DNA of 64,000 nucleotides from Bigelowiella natans CCMP2755 (GCA_000320545.1 ADNK01000007.1:1-64000), one strand, 5' to 3'; counted from the stretch's first letter, positions 51,071 through 64,000 are shown. Made by a program: numbers and translations. Notes: a model not told the origin generated them from the sequence alone.

Positions 51071-52125
51071 ATCTAGACATGTGCGCCGGCCACAATTTCA
51101 TCACACGTACAGATCTGGATACATAGTATGCGCATCGCGTGCAATGCAAATGAATTCTAGCAGTTGCCGCATCGCATCGCAGCCGCAACTGTATGCATGC
51201 CATGCTAGCATGCCACATGTAATTGGCCATCGATCGTCCAGTACGGCTAGACGGTAGCATGCTAGCATACCGACACCATCTGCTAGTCTGACACAGCTGC
51301 CAGGACGCGTTGCTAACGACATCTAGACGCATGCTCAATGAAGAACGTTTATCGCATCGCTCTCAACATCTACGTCATTGAGTCACTGCATGACCTTGCT
51401 TACTGTAAACGATCACTACCATGTTGCAGGCATTATGTGTCATTTGGCACGCTCCCATACATTGTCTTTATGCTGCTATCGTCGAAAGCGGTGTAGATTT
51501 CGTACATGTAATATCGGCACACATGTGTAGCTTATTCACCAGCAGTCACTGTGGCACCTGTAAGAAGTAATGGCAAATTATCATAAACTTCACTCTCCGC
51601 ATAAGCTGCAATGTGGTATCAGTCAGCAATGTTTTCGTAGAGTTTTGATGGATAATAAGATATCACACGAAGGTGTCACATATCTCTATTTTATCTGGGG
51701 AATGCTGAGGTAACACCAAATATTTTTGCATTGACAGTGTCGCGAAATAAAAAAATGTTGTCCTTTTCATTGGAAAATCAAAGATCTGCTCATGATATCT
51801 TTCATTGTATTTCTGGATTGAGTGAAACAGTAATTTTTTGTTCGCTATATTCCTTTACCTCCTTTCTCAAGAAGTCTTGCCCGAATCGACTGAATGAGAC
51901 ATAATATGAAATACGGACTGTCAATGTTGCACATGGCACCGCAGAAAGTTTTGACCATTAATGCATCATGAATACGACCAGGTGATTATTTAACATGATA
52001 GCGACCTCCCTCTGCTTTTCTTTATTGGTCTTGAGAGATGCCACATCCTTGTTTAGGCTTACTTCAGAGCCTACACCCACGCGCGTGCACACACACACAC
52101 ACACACACACAATACATTATATATA

Positions 52126-52168
<43 letters not shown>

Positions 52169-52279
52169 ATATTATGTATTTTGTATGCGTGTGCTTACTG
52201 CCATGTTATATAGACTTTTTGTGGTTATGTAAGGAAATACAAGCAAAAAATAATCCAAGTATTATTATCATTCTGACTT

Positions 52280-53471
52280 ACTATTGGAAAATAGATTAAA
52301 TAAACTACCTGCCTCCGTCGCAGCCTTTTGCTGTTCCTCCTTGGCCTCCTGATGAGGAGCAAAACAAATTTACCTTAAAATGAGGGAAATCGAAGACTGA
52401 CGAACTAGAATGCAGCAGGAATGGTAAAAAATAATATAGTTTTAAAGTTTTGAGTCCAGCAATTTGCGAATCAGGTTTAGGCTGCAAATGCGTGGGATAA
52501 AACTGAATTTGCAAAGACGTAATTAGGAGAGTACAACTTATTCACCGTCTCGTTGAGTTCAGTCAGCAGGCGCTTCTCATCTTCTGTTAGATCTCCACTC
52601 CCATATTTTTCTAGCATTTTTTAAAATGACACTTTTTAGTGGTCATGCTGGGAAGTCGTCGAGGTACAGTAGATGCCTGCTCCTCCTCCTCCCCCTCCTC
52701 CTTCATCTATTATTCTCTCATTGTACCTTTCATCCTGGCCTTGCGAGCAAGTCTCATCTGCTGTGCCGTCTGGGCATCCATCTATTCATTGCACAATCAA
52801 ATCAGATGATGGATGGTCTCAGGTGCATGAGTTATGAATAAAGAATTAATCTCTAAGAACGAGAGAGATGGTATTTTGCGAAGTGATTGTATGACCGAAA
52901 CAGCAGGGAGAGCTGATTGGAGAGCGAACAGCCCCAACGTACTTAGCAACATCTGTATCGGGGAACACGCAGGTGAGGAAGAGCGAAGGAAAAGAGAAAA
53001 GAGGAAGAAGCAGAGAAGAAGAAGATGATGAAGAAAAAGAAAGAAGAGTCATTGAGAGCTAACTTTATTTTTGTTGCGAAATTCTCACATGCCTTTCTCC
53101 TCTTGATAGGGAAGGAGGTCTCAGAATCGCGTATGCAGTTGTTATTCCGTGGAAGCAGCACCGGTGCTCGTGCACGCGTAGTCCGAAGAGAGGCTGCACT
53201 TGGACGGACACCTACAATTTGTCCAGTCTCGATCAATACTGAATGATCATAAAAACTGCATTAATGAAAGCCTAACCTCGGATGGAGGACGGTGATGCGA
53301 GACTATTTTGAGCCTAAATAATATTCCAGAATCGGTTTAGAAAAAAATGATGTGCTCTTTAATTGGAGAAGTGACCTTGGGGGCAATGATGACGACCGTC
53401 ATCAGCATCGAAGCGCAAGCAAGTAAGCCAACGGCGTACGGCAAGGCGTTTTTGTGTGAGAGAGCGAGCAT
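52280..53471 (-). CDS. Small multi-exon protein with signal peptide + Ser/Arg-rich transit peptide (putative plastid protein of unknown function); 3' end approximate
   Basis: Exons give MLALSHKNALPYAVGLLACASMLMTVVIIAP|AQNSLASPSSIR|GVRPSAASLRTTRARAPV.., later TAQQMRLARKARMK and KYGSGDLTEDEKRLLTELNET. Confidence 0.5.
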
Positions 53472-54023
53472 TGAGAGTAGATATAGGACAAGGATGGCCA
53501 GGTGATAGGGAAGCAGAGGCGAGCAGTTCTAACTACTACAGAGCCAAAACGTGTGAGAGCAAGAGCAAATCACCCCCCTCCCCAGTTATGTTCCGATGCT
53601 GCTTTTGTCCCTATTAATAATCGGCTCATTTTTAAAAAAATCGCTCTGGATTTTCTGTACGAATTTAGGGTTTAGTGCTGTCTCAATAGGGAATTTGAGG
53701 GGAAGCTAAAAATGGGGTACCGTAGGAAAGGCTTTGGACGAATGTAGGCAAAATCATGTAAATAAAGAAGTGAACGGCTCGTGATTTCTCTCCTTGCTCC
53801 TGTGTGTGACTCGGATTATTTGTCTGGAAATATGATGTCCGAGTTTTATCGGAGGCCGACAAGGTCAACATGTGAGCGCTACCGTCTGAGATCGGAGCTG
53901 CTTGGTAACGCCAATCGACAATTCGTAACGTTCCGACAGCACGGAAAACATCGTCCGAAGTAGTAATTTTGCCAGGAGCTACTGTATTGTCGGGCCGGCC
54001 CGCCGTCTGGCAGTTGTGCACGA

Positions 54024-55889
54024 ATGAAGAAGACTGATCTTGGGTACGAAGATTAAACGTGTGACAATTGTTGATAGTGAATTCAAGATTGGTTGGGGTC
54101 ATTGATATCAATTACATTGAGTAACACAAAGCTTTGGATGCAACAGAAAAATTGTCTGAATTTCATATTTGATATCATTTCAGATCAATCCTGTTGCCAA
54201 ACCAAGACAGATCGAATGAAAGCGAAATCAATGGAGGGGATGTTCTCAACGCAGATATCCCCCTCCCCCCCTTCATCCAGTTTTTGAACTATTTTTTCTT
54301 CGGAGATGGTCGCAGCATCGTCTACGTGGCTGGAATTTACTCCACTGTCGCAGTTTTTTACACATGTGTCGTCGTGCTATTCCTGCTCTCCTTTGAGCTC
54401 TTCTGTAGAGCTGGCGACATGTGTGGGCAGTACTATCAGATCTCCTTTTTCATGATAGTACTTGTTACGTTGACTGAAACTTTAGTCAACGCTTATTTGG
54501 GATGGTGTTACTGCCAAAGGAGGAGTTTGAACAAGGTCTGCAAATGTTCTCTTTCCTCTTTCATTTAAGCATTTCTAATGCAACGGTGCCAGCAGCAACG
54601 AGAGTGGAGAATAGGCGCTTTTCTTGTTTGAATGATGGCGATGTTGATGTGCTCAGATAGTGGAATATATTGTGCATAACTCGGAGAAAACCGTCGATGA
54701 AGTCTTTGAGGCACTAAGACTCTGTGGACGGGTTGTGATAGGAATCACCGCCATATTCACAATTTCTCAACTTGTCTTCATGAGTTTTTGGATTAGTAAA
54801 ACCCCACCCAAGGCACTTGGATATGTCATTGTGCAGCAACTCTTCGCGATGTTCTCCAACACGATTTGTGTCGGCGTTTCCAATTACCTTTGTGGGATTT
54901 GGATCTTCGAAAATTGGGGTCCGGAATTTCATACGTAGAGAAAAAGAGTGAAAATTGTGAGCATAGTGCATATTTTGATGCAATGAATCAAAGTAACTGG
55001 AGTGATACAACTTTCTCTATTTTTTGTTTACTGTGGTTGGAAGCCTCTTCCTCCACCCCTACCCCTTCCCTACTCCTCACCATAATTACTTGAATCCATC
55101 ATCTTCTCAAGGAATACACATTGTCGGGATGCGGTTTGCTGAGAAGGAAATCAATAAAGAGGCCTTATCGAGAGGTGACCAGAATCAGTTAGGATGTTCC
55201 GTGGCACAAAAGCTTCTTCAAATCCTCGACCAAATGGATAATAAATCCAATGAATGGAAGATCAACCATATGCTACGATTCTTCCTTACGACAACGAATG
55301 CTACTATTTGCTTATTAACTCTTATGCTGATGATAAGGGACAGAAGTCGCCAAAGTCATAGTAGCATCACAGAGACCCTTAGATTCATGTTTGCTGGCTG
55401 GCTGTTTGCCACTGCCATCTTTCAATATCTGGTGGTCTTTTTAACGGCTTTGGTTCCAGGATTCGTATCCGATAAATTCTTCGATTCGGTGAGAGAGGGG
55501 TTGAGGGACAGAAGAGAAAAGAGTCCAGGAGACTAGACAAGAAAACCTCAGCAAGTACCTGATAACCAATTATTTTTCAATTTCAGGTTCAATGCCGTCT
55601 ATTCGATGCTGGCTTCTCTACTTCTGTACATCCTAGTCAGAGCGGCCAACGATATCACCTTGCCAACGATGTCAAAGGCGATAAAGTTGGTGGCAAAGAT
55701 GCTGACACGAATAAAGCCATGCACAAGGCATCGATGCTGATGAATTGTATGGAGTGTCTCCACGGACGTCGCGGGATGCATTTTGCTGGATTTCCAATGA
55801 CATTAGCTCAAGGGCTCACAGTTGGAAGTGTCTTGAGTTACATCGTAGTGCAGGTTACTGCTACATGGGCACTCTCTTCTTCAAAATAA
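54024..55889 (+). CDS. Gustatory/odorant receptor-like 7-transmembrane ion channel (GRL/7TMIC), ~437 aa, 5 exons
   Basis: Phase-consistent exons 54024-54043, 54184-54535, 54657-54918, 55112-55488 and 55587-55889. About 7 hydrophobic helices; C-terminal GMHFAGFPMTLAQGLTVGSVLSYIVVQV resembles the GR TM7a/7b signature. Confidence 0.7.
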
Positions 55890-56923
55890 AACTTAACAAG
55901 GTCTCTAAATACCATGGTGGTTTTGCCTAGTTGTGTGCGAGGATGACGGGCTGTGCTGCATAGCTCAAATTTTTGATGCCATGGACGATGCGATGAAAAC
56001 TGAGCATAGATTCAATAGACATTTTTGCAATGTGTAACTTGCTCCCTTATTTGCTTCGCGCATCAGACCACACGCTATATTGAGCTGCATAGCCCACCCT
56101 ACAAAATTGCATTGTGAAAAAAACGCAAAAAATGTGAAAGAATGCTACAGCCGCTGTCAAAGTGGAACAGTGTTATATCGTATCAGTTCTCGGATTACAG
56201 TGCAGTGTGCAACGATTTCAGTCAGCAATGATTGCGTCTACACCAGACACTTGACGCATCCGCATTTTGAAGAGGCACGCACACAGTAGTTATGAAGCAT
56301 GAGTAGTAATTTTTTCTGGCTTTTATGTGAGGCATGCAGATTTATTTGCACTAGAATGACATTGCTGTGTTGCCTGGATCCATTCATTGTTGAATTGCTT
56401 GCGACAAAGCAAGCGAGTAATTGCGCGCTCAGATCACATGCATCCATGTGCATCATTTTGGGGCTCCTCATCATTCATGCGTTTCACCAACAAGAGCCTA
56501 CTCCAGGACATGCCAGTATTTTTGACCGCACTTGAACGCACATGTCAGCCTTTTCTGTGCTGAGAATTGGGGCGAGCATTTGTTTCCACATGCAACTAGA
56601 CAAGGCCCAGATGTCAGATTTCAATCATCAAACTTGACATCAGAGTTAGCGCAAAGCTACATTTACACCTTTGTACGACACAGCTTGCCGAGCCATCGAA
56701 ATCGCATCAAGAAATCACAAGTTAATGCTAACTACTGATAAGTCTAGAAGTAGCATGCATGTATCAGCGCTCACTGCTGTCACGAATTTCCCAGGCATAC
56801 CTTTCAAGAAACGTTCTGTGCGTGTACATATGTCCGGGATTTTCATCGCGTTCATCAACTTTGTGGTGCAATTCAGTTTTTGCACGAAATTGATATACGA
56901 CATCACTGTGCATGTTGTTCTGA

Positions 56924-59900
56924 CTAGCTTGTCGATCTGTCCTGCGGCACTTCCTCCTTAGAAGCACCATCACTCTTGATGAATGCCAATCGGTAAAAAG
57001 TGACATTCTTGCCCTCCCTGGCGACCTCAGTCTCAGTCTTGGCGGCTGCGAATCTAGGTGCATTCGCCAGCTGGGACAGTAAGTCTTCTTCTTCTGATGA
57101 TTTGCAAAAATAAATTCGCAGTATTTGTGAGAAAACACGTCGACGGAGAAGACTGCCACAAAACCTTCTGCCCTCTTCTTATGTGTGACCATACAGATGT
57201 GTGTGTGTGTGTGTGTGTGCTTGTGTTTGCGTGCGTTTGTAACGACATAGTGACGAATCGAATGGTATCCATTTCGCACACCACCCCTGCTCTCAATGAG
57301 CTACTTTTACTACGTTGAGTATTCCTGGTGAGAAACCGCTGGTCCCTGAGAGTGAGTCCCTTCCTCTTTTGACTCCTTTCCATCCTAGTATCCCCTTCCT
57401 TCCTTGATATTGTGGCGTTGCTACTCCTTGATAATTAAGGGATTTCAATTGATTTTTTTTCATAGGTACGAAATTATCAAAGAACTGATGCTGTTGCCAT
57501 GCGACATGGCGAACCCTATCGGTGCTATCGTAGACACTCACTTCTCTCTATTTTCTGCTGATTTTGTTTATGATGAGGGTGAGGAATCACATTGGCATAG
57601 CAGCGACAGCAGGCCTGAAGTCCTTGTGCGCGTTAAACTGCTTCCAAATCCTCAGGGCAACATCTGCGGCATTTGTCTGGGAATAGAAATAGCCCCCTTC
57701 CTTTAGGGCCTTTGCAATCTTTTCCACAAGCTGTGGCCGGATTAGAAAGTCTTCTTCGGAACCGAATTGCGAATTACCACCCACTGCCTCTCGTACCCCT
57801 CTCATATTTATCTCTGCTGTTTCAGCCATTGCCTCGGAGGGGTAAGAAAAGGGGGTTGGAAAGTGAATGCTTATTAAGGCTACTTCGACAGCTCTTTGCT
57901 GCTGCTGCTGCTGCTGCCGCTGTTGGTGGAGGAGTACACGGTCAAGGAAGGAGAATGCGTCCTCCAAATGGAACGATGTGCAGTTGGATAGGGACAGGTA
58001 TGAAGCGACTCCCGATGCACGTTGAATCTGATTCCAAACGTCGTATCTCATACGAATCTTCTATACCTTCATGAATCTGAGCATGCTTCTGTCTGTGACG
58101 ATGTTAATGTGTGTTTATGTGTCTTGAAAGAAGAGGCAGCAAATAATAAATGATTGTAGCTCACACTATGTGCGATGGTCACACTCGCTCCATCAACGAA
58201 TAGTCTAGGTTGCTAATACCAAAATGGGATGGCAGTCAACTCCGATCCACTTCATCTGGCCGCTGTTGATATTGGAGAAGTAGTACGGCTCAAGTACAGA
58301 TGAAGACAACGACAACGTAGGCTCTTCCCTCCCGTCCTGCACTTGTTGTGACGTCTTTGACCGCTCTGTTGTTGCTGCTGATACCCCTGCGCCCTGTGTT
58401 TGCGCTGCCATTCCTAGCACAAATGACCCGAACCCGCAGCCTATCTCGATAGTGGTGGTGGTGGTGGTGGTGGTGGTGGTGGTAGTAGGTGCAAAAGGAG
58501 GTGATGGGGAGAAGGGGAGCATGGAGGAAAGAATCATAAGAATGAGAAGAAGAAGAAGAAGAAGAAGAAGAAGAAGAAGAAGGGAAAGAAGGAAAATGTT
58601 CCATTGAAACGAGAGATTGATTATAGAGAAGAATAGACTTAGCAGATCTATGTGCATCGATTCAGGACTGACCGAGGTCGATACCCACTCCAAAGTCGGT
58701 ACTATCCACACTATCGTTGTTTTTGTCTGAGCTGTGCTCCGGAGGAAACAGAGTTCTCAGATCCAGAGGCCGCGGTAGGGGAAGGGATGGTTCCGAACCA
58801 TCTTCTTCGACTTTATCAGCATATGCCGAATGATGTAAGGGCGCTACCACTTCTCCTCTCTTCGTTGTTTGAGGCGGCTTTGGTATCTGCCTCGAGAATC
58901 GCCACAGAAGCAGTTGAGGTAGTGCCCTGATGCAGCCAAACTAAGGAGGGGTCAGTAGAGGAGGAGGAGGAGGAGGAGATCACCCACTGGAATGAAAATA
59001 AGGGGGAGGCCAATATATAATGTGTCATGTGTGTGTGCACGCGTGCTTGTGTACATAAACGCGCACTCACACAGATTCGAAGAGCCCATTCCTCTTTTCT
59101 TCTTCATTTTCTTCTTCTTCTTCTTCTTCTTCTTCTTCTTCTTCCTCTTTTTTTGATAAAAGCATCATACCGTTCCTTCTTGGATTTCTCTCACGGCCTC
59201 CAGCTCCGCACGGATCAGGCCTTACTTAATCAATCACGAGCATTAGGAGAGAACACCATATTCACGCACATCCATACACGCACATGCAGGGAGAGAGAGG
59301 GGGGTGGGAGGGGGAGAAATGAGCTTCAACATTTGCTTCGTTACAAATCGATGGTGCAGCAGCTTCACTCATCATTCTCATACGTACGACCTGCAGCCTG
59401 GGCCTGTCGCTCTGACGATGGAACTACATTGAGAATGTCCTTGAAAAGGCTTTCATTGGACATCCCCGCCAAGGCCAGCTTCCCGGCAGTGGCTGCTCAG
59501 GACGCAGATAAGGAGGAAGAATGCGAATAACAGTGAGAATAGAGACAGAAATCGAGAGGGAAATGAAGTTGTCATCTTCTCTTCCTCAAAAATTTTTCTC
59601 ACGATGCATCTTATGCTTTCTCTTTAAAAATCGAAGGATCTTTGGATTACTACCTAGAGCCCGTCGTGTGCCCATTGGACTGATAAAACACAACAATCAA
59701 CACAGTAATTAGGGTCGTTGATTGATAGGTTTTATAGGCACTGCTGCCGATGAATGGATTTGCAACCGTGCGTGTCCACGCACGTATTTTCATGTGGGCA
59801 GTGTGATGTGGACATGCGATATGGTGCCTCAATGCACAAAGGTTGGTGAATATTGCCTGCGAGCCCACATACGGAATGCCCCCTAGTATCATCGGAAAAA

Positions 59901-60028
59901 CAGCAGAAGCCGCAACAAATATATTTATAACATAATCATAACACACACACACACACACACACGCAAGCACGGCTCGCTATCTTCAAACATTCCTCCATCC
60001 CTCCCTCCCTCCCTTGCCTTCTCCCTAA

Positions 60029-60059
<31 letters not shown>

Positions 60060-62545
60060 TTCTCCTTTTTGAAGAGCCAACCTCGTTAAGCCCTAATTGT
60101 ATCTTCGCTTCCAGACGCCACATAAGTTCCTTGTGGCGGGCCATTCCCGAAAGCGACATCTGCATTGCTGTATCCGCCACCAAATGCACATCCATCTCAT
60201 CGATGGCGGGCAAGCTGTGCGAAAGGATGAAGACTTCGAGGGGGGGTGATAACACGCCGATTAAACTCGCTTGCACAGCTAGTTTCGCAAGTTGTTTGGG
60301 ACCGGGCAGCAGCTTCGATTGGGGAGGAGACGACGATGAAGGAGGAAGAGGAGGAGGAGGAGAAGGACAAGGCTCATCGATTACTTTTATGTGTTGAAGG
60401 TTACGATCTTCTTGTTCTTGTTGTTGCTGTAGCAAACGTTCGTATTGCTTTAGTGATGCTGTGGGTGTGGACATAGCTTCCGACAAGCCTTGCTTCATCG
60501 CAATGCTTAGAGGGCTCGAAGGTGCAAATCTGAGGAAGAAGGCTGTAGCTCAGTACCAAGTTGAGAACAACGCAGATGTTACTTAATCACACGTAATATA
60601 AATACTATTAATCAGCCCTACAAAATTATTCTTTTTTATTTATATTCCTTTCTGTCATCGATCGACCGAAATCTCATGCAATAAATAGAAGTCACAAAGT
60701 TGGGCGCCGTCCGCAGCCTCGTTGCCTACCGTTGTTCCTGCATGTTGGCAAGTGTGTCAAGCAGTCTCTCAAGTGCGAACCCGGATTGCCCCCCCCAACT
60801 GTAAAGCTTTCGAGCCTCCGCGCGGGTCTTCCGCCTGAACAGCTGTTGTGACAGCTGAGTCAGCTGACCGAGCAATGCAGGCAACAATGATCGCTTTGTA
60901 TCATCATCATCATCTTCTTCTTCCTCTTCTTGCTGCGTTCCATCTTCTCTGGCCATGACCAGCTCGATCGCCTGCGAGAGCTTGCTGAAAAGTGCCGGAA
61001 ATTGTACCAGAGAAACAACTTCTCTTCCCCCGCTGCTGCTGCCACCAGGTTTGTCGATGCTGTCTCCATCGGCTAGCAGCTTAGGAATGACGTGCTGAGC
61101 GAGGATGGATTTGACCGAAGAAGTCGTCAAAATGGAGGCTTGTGAAAAGCGAAGCATCAAGTTCGCAAGCTCGAAGACGCTAGCACTGGGACAAACAAAA
61201 GCTACAGATTCAGCCTACGGAAGCCAAAGGATGATTACGATAAGCACCAATACACATCCAAAAAGATAAATGTATGGAAATAGAAATATAACATGACGAT
61301 TGTCCTAACAGTATTAGTAATGCTTGGAACGACCACGTGATCTCTGATTTGTGGCGTCATCATCCCTGCGTTGCTGACTGTCTGTGAAAGCCCAATGAGC
61401 TGCAAACATCCAAATAGCACACGCACGCATGAATGGACATCTTTCACCAAGTGAGTGCAGTGAGGGTCTTATTATCGTGAAAGATATTGCTGTATTGCTT
61501 CGTTGTATTCTATTATATCCTACACATACTTGTGGTGCGGTGAGATTTCTTTGGGCTGCTCGCTCAACCTGATCTCGGAGGGCTGCGAAGAGCCGATGCG
61601 ACCGACATCTTGCCCCTCCCAGCTGTTTGGAAATCTGAAGCAATTCCGGGTTTCCGATGCGCTAAGATAAATAAAGGAATCAGAATTCTATGTTCGCTGA
61701 ACAGTGATACATGTTGCTGGCAAAGGTAATAGGAACTTGGGATTTGTGTGTGGATGCTGCTGGAGTAGAAGTCAACTTCCTTCCCAGCACTGCTAAAATT
61801 AGGTAAAGGTTAAAACTACTTCTGTTTGACTCTCAATCCTCGCTGCCAATCTTTCACCAAGGATGTCCACGAATAGGCTTGCGTCTATCTCCACATCTTG
61901 TAGAACTTGCCTTAGGAGCCTGTCGTCCGCGACAATGTCGTCGATTGAGTAGCCTCTTGTTATCATTGCTTTCCACACTTTGGCTAGAACATTATTAGAG
62001 GTATTAGAGCCCCTGCCTGCAGATAAAGCATCGCTTTCTATTGTTTCTTCGAACCCGAGGCGGATGGAAACCTTACCCAACCCGCACAAGTTCACTTTGC
62101 TGTCCGTGCTGTCCTTCTCCCAACTGTCATCGGCGATGTAATCGTGATTCATTTTGGGAGATTTCCCCCCTAGGCTTTGGATGCATAGATTGCGCCTTTG
62201 TAATCGACGCCAATGAAAAACCGGGCCGCACCTCCACCCAACGCCGTCTGATTTTAGATGAAATCCCATCATCGCTGTTTGCCGCCTTGGCAACATCCTA
62301 TTTTGCTGAGTGAATGCACTAGTCTTGCTGGGCTCGAGGCACATTATCCGTCTTCCTAATTTTCCTCCTGTGCTCCTCTTTCTCTCTATCCAAACTCCAT
62401 CCAAGGATCTGAAAAGTAGCCAGAGTGTGGCCACTGCTATGAGAGCGAAAGCAGCATGTGAACGCCCACGACTCCTCACCCTGAAGATGGCGGGAGTTGG
62501 GGCGGCCGTCCCGACTTTCAACTCTCGAATATACACCCCGTGCAT
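56924..62545 (-). CDS. trmB: tRNA (guanine-N7)-methyltransferase TrmB-like protein with organelle-targeting leader and long alpha-helical N-terminal extension (possibly two genes)
   Basis: SAM motif IEIGCGFG, KWIGVD, ISIHFPTPF (FPDPW-like), LIRPQLVEKIAKALKEGGYFYSQTN and C-terminal TETEVAREGKNVTFYRLAFIK. First exon 61799-62545 contains the hydrophobic stretch AAFALIAVATLWLLF. Confidence 0.7.
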
Positions 62546-62918
62546 TCACGGGGTGCGTTGGATACATTCATGGGGTAATCGATCTGTGGATGGAGAGGAG
62601 GAGGAGAGGTGTTGCCTGCCGCATGCACAGGTCCCTTTTTTGGAATATATGTTCGGTCGGAAAAAGGCTGCTGTTGTTTCCCTGCTCACTTGCGACATTG
62701 AAATTATGTTGTCGCACATTCCTAAACCAATGCCTTCTCCGCAACGCAATCCCCAAAATAGCCGCACAGAATAGTTTGTCCAGAAATAGGTGGGGATTAC
62801 GAGGAAAGACAATGTATTTCCTTGTCGCGATACAGGAATACCACCCTAGCCCTTGGTCCGTCACCAGAGCTGCTCACTGGGCCGTGAAGACAGACTCAAC
62901 GTACGAGTAGAGCAGAGT

Positions 62919-63278
62919 ATGGCGCACCAAAATAACAGCTTACCACGTCAGGGAGAAATGACGGATTGGGAGATAGAGCGAGGGTGATAGGGACATGTGT
63001 GCTTCTTCGAAATTCTTCTCGATGGCATGGGAGACTCTAAATTCTCTATTTTTCTATACATAGTTAGGATGCTTAGTGCTGCTTACCGGTGGGTGAAGAA
63101 CACGCTGCCTAAAACTCAGACGGCGTGGCTAAAGGTCATGTGGACGGTTGGGCTCTTCGTAGGGGGAAGCCTTGCAATCTACAATTTTGAAGATGTGAGA
63201 GTTGCAATGATTGGCGAAGACACTGCTGCCGCCGAGGGCAAATCCGATAAACCTAAGACACTACCACCCCCAATGTAG
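62919..63278 (+). CDS. Tom6-like small single-TM protein (~80 aa), 2 exons (62919-62946, 63064-63278)
   Basis: MAHQNNSLPLRMLSAAYRWVKNTLPKTQTAWLKVMWTVGLFVGGSLAIYNFEDVRVAM.. resembles the TOMM6 pattern YRF..NLGLFAAGVWLARNLSD. The intron is phase-consistent GT-AG. Confidence 0.5.
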
Positions 63279-64000
63279 ATCTGAGCTATGATGCTTCAAG
63301 ATTATTGAAGCCAGCTGTCAATTGTGAGAGAATGCTTGGTTCGCCGCTATGTACCTAGTTTATTAATCCCAGAGTGCATTCGTGCGTATCTTGCACAAAC
63401 CACTTCGTCCAGAATTCAGAGTTTACATTAGACAGTCCTTAAGCAAACGAATAGTGAATGCGTCATGCAAAATTATTGTCAGTGTTAGCAAAAGTACAAA
63501 TTTACCCTACTAAAATTTATCGCCGCGTCTGTACTTGCTTATTGTTGCTGTACACGACTTCATGCTTGCTTGTACTGTGCGTAGTAGTACTATCTACGTG
63601 ACACATCATCATACGACTGTTTACACTCACACAGACATTCATCCTAAATACGCACCATATATATATACAAACAAAATGCAAATAGATGCACACATCGTGC
63701 GGACTTGATGTACGTACGTGCAGGGGATGACATATAGACAACACGATATGCATGTACATTACAATAATTACAATTACGATACGCGATGCAAATTGTAGCC
63801 TTAAGTCTATATGCTACCTAGCTACACCCATATGACAAGAATATGCATTCAATATATCTAGACACACTTAGATTTGTACACACGTGACACGCACGGTCGA
63901 TTGCGACTATTAGAGCTAAGCTGCGCCGCAAGCACCTTCATTTATGTGCGCTACTATTAGTTCAGTGCGCATCGTGCATGCATCAAGCTGAAGGCGATTT

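Noticed and set aside
53664-53675. TTTAGGGTTTAG telomere-like motif
   Set aside because: Fewer than two units; expected by chance.
1-64000. tRNA/rRNA genes
   Set aside because: None recognised by eye; the only tRNA-like match is the 11-nt PBS.

Overview
Eukaryotic nuclear DNA, gene-dense, with many short GT-AG introns full of microsatellites ((TA)n, (GA)n, (CA)n, (CAT)n, (TAG)n, (CTT)n). Most short ORFs in the track are artefacts of these repeats. A chlorophyll b reductase-like gene and several signal-peptide + Ser/Arg-rich transit-peptide leaders point to an alga with a green secondary plastid, most likely a chlorarachniophyte (inference). Reading exons by eye gave these genes: renalase-like FAD oxidoreductase (5'-truncated), WD40 protein, hexose-6-phosphate 1-epimerase-like, NOL/NYC1-like SDR, APC10, J-domain protein, multi-pass membrane protein, UBL-UBL-BAG co-chaperone, DUF3783-like protein, an intronless 399-aa orphan, a gustatory/odorant-receptor-like 7TM ion channel, TrmB-like methyltransferase and a Tom6-like micro-protein. 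A repeat island (~39.7-51.5 kb) holds an intact, very young Ty1/copia element whose LTRs carry long perfect heat-shock-element arrays. The most striking signal is that repeat-derived DNA is almost emptied of TpA, except in the YTAR context (mostly CTAG). Repeat copies also differ by TA->TG/CA transitions. This suggests a repeat-targeted A->G hypermutation at TAY, the opposite direction to fungal RIP. Exon boundaries and counts were made by eye and need computational confirmation.
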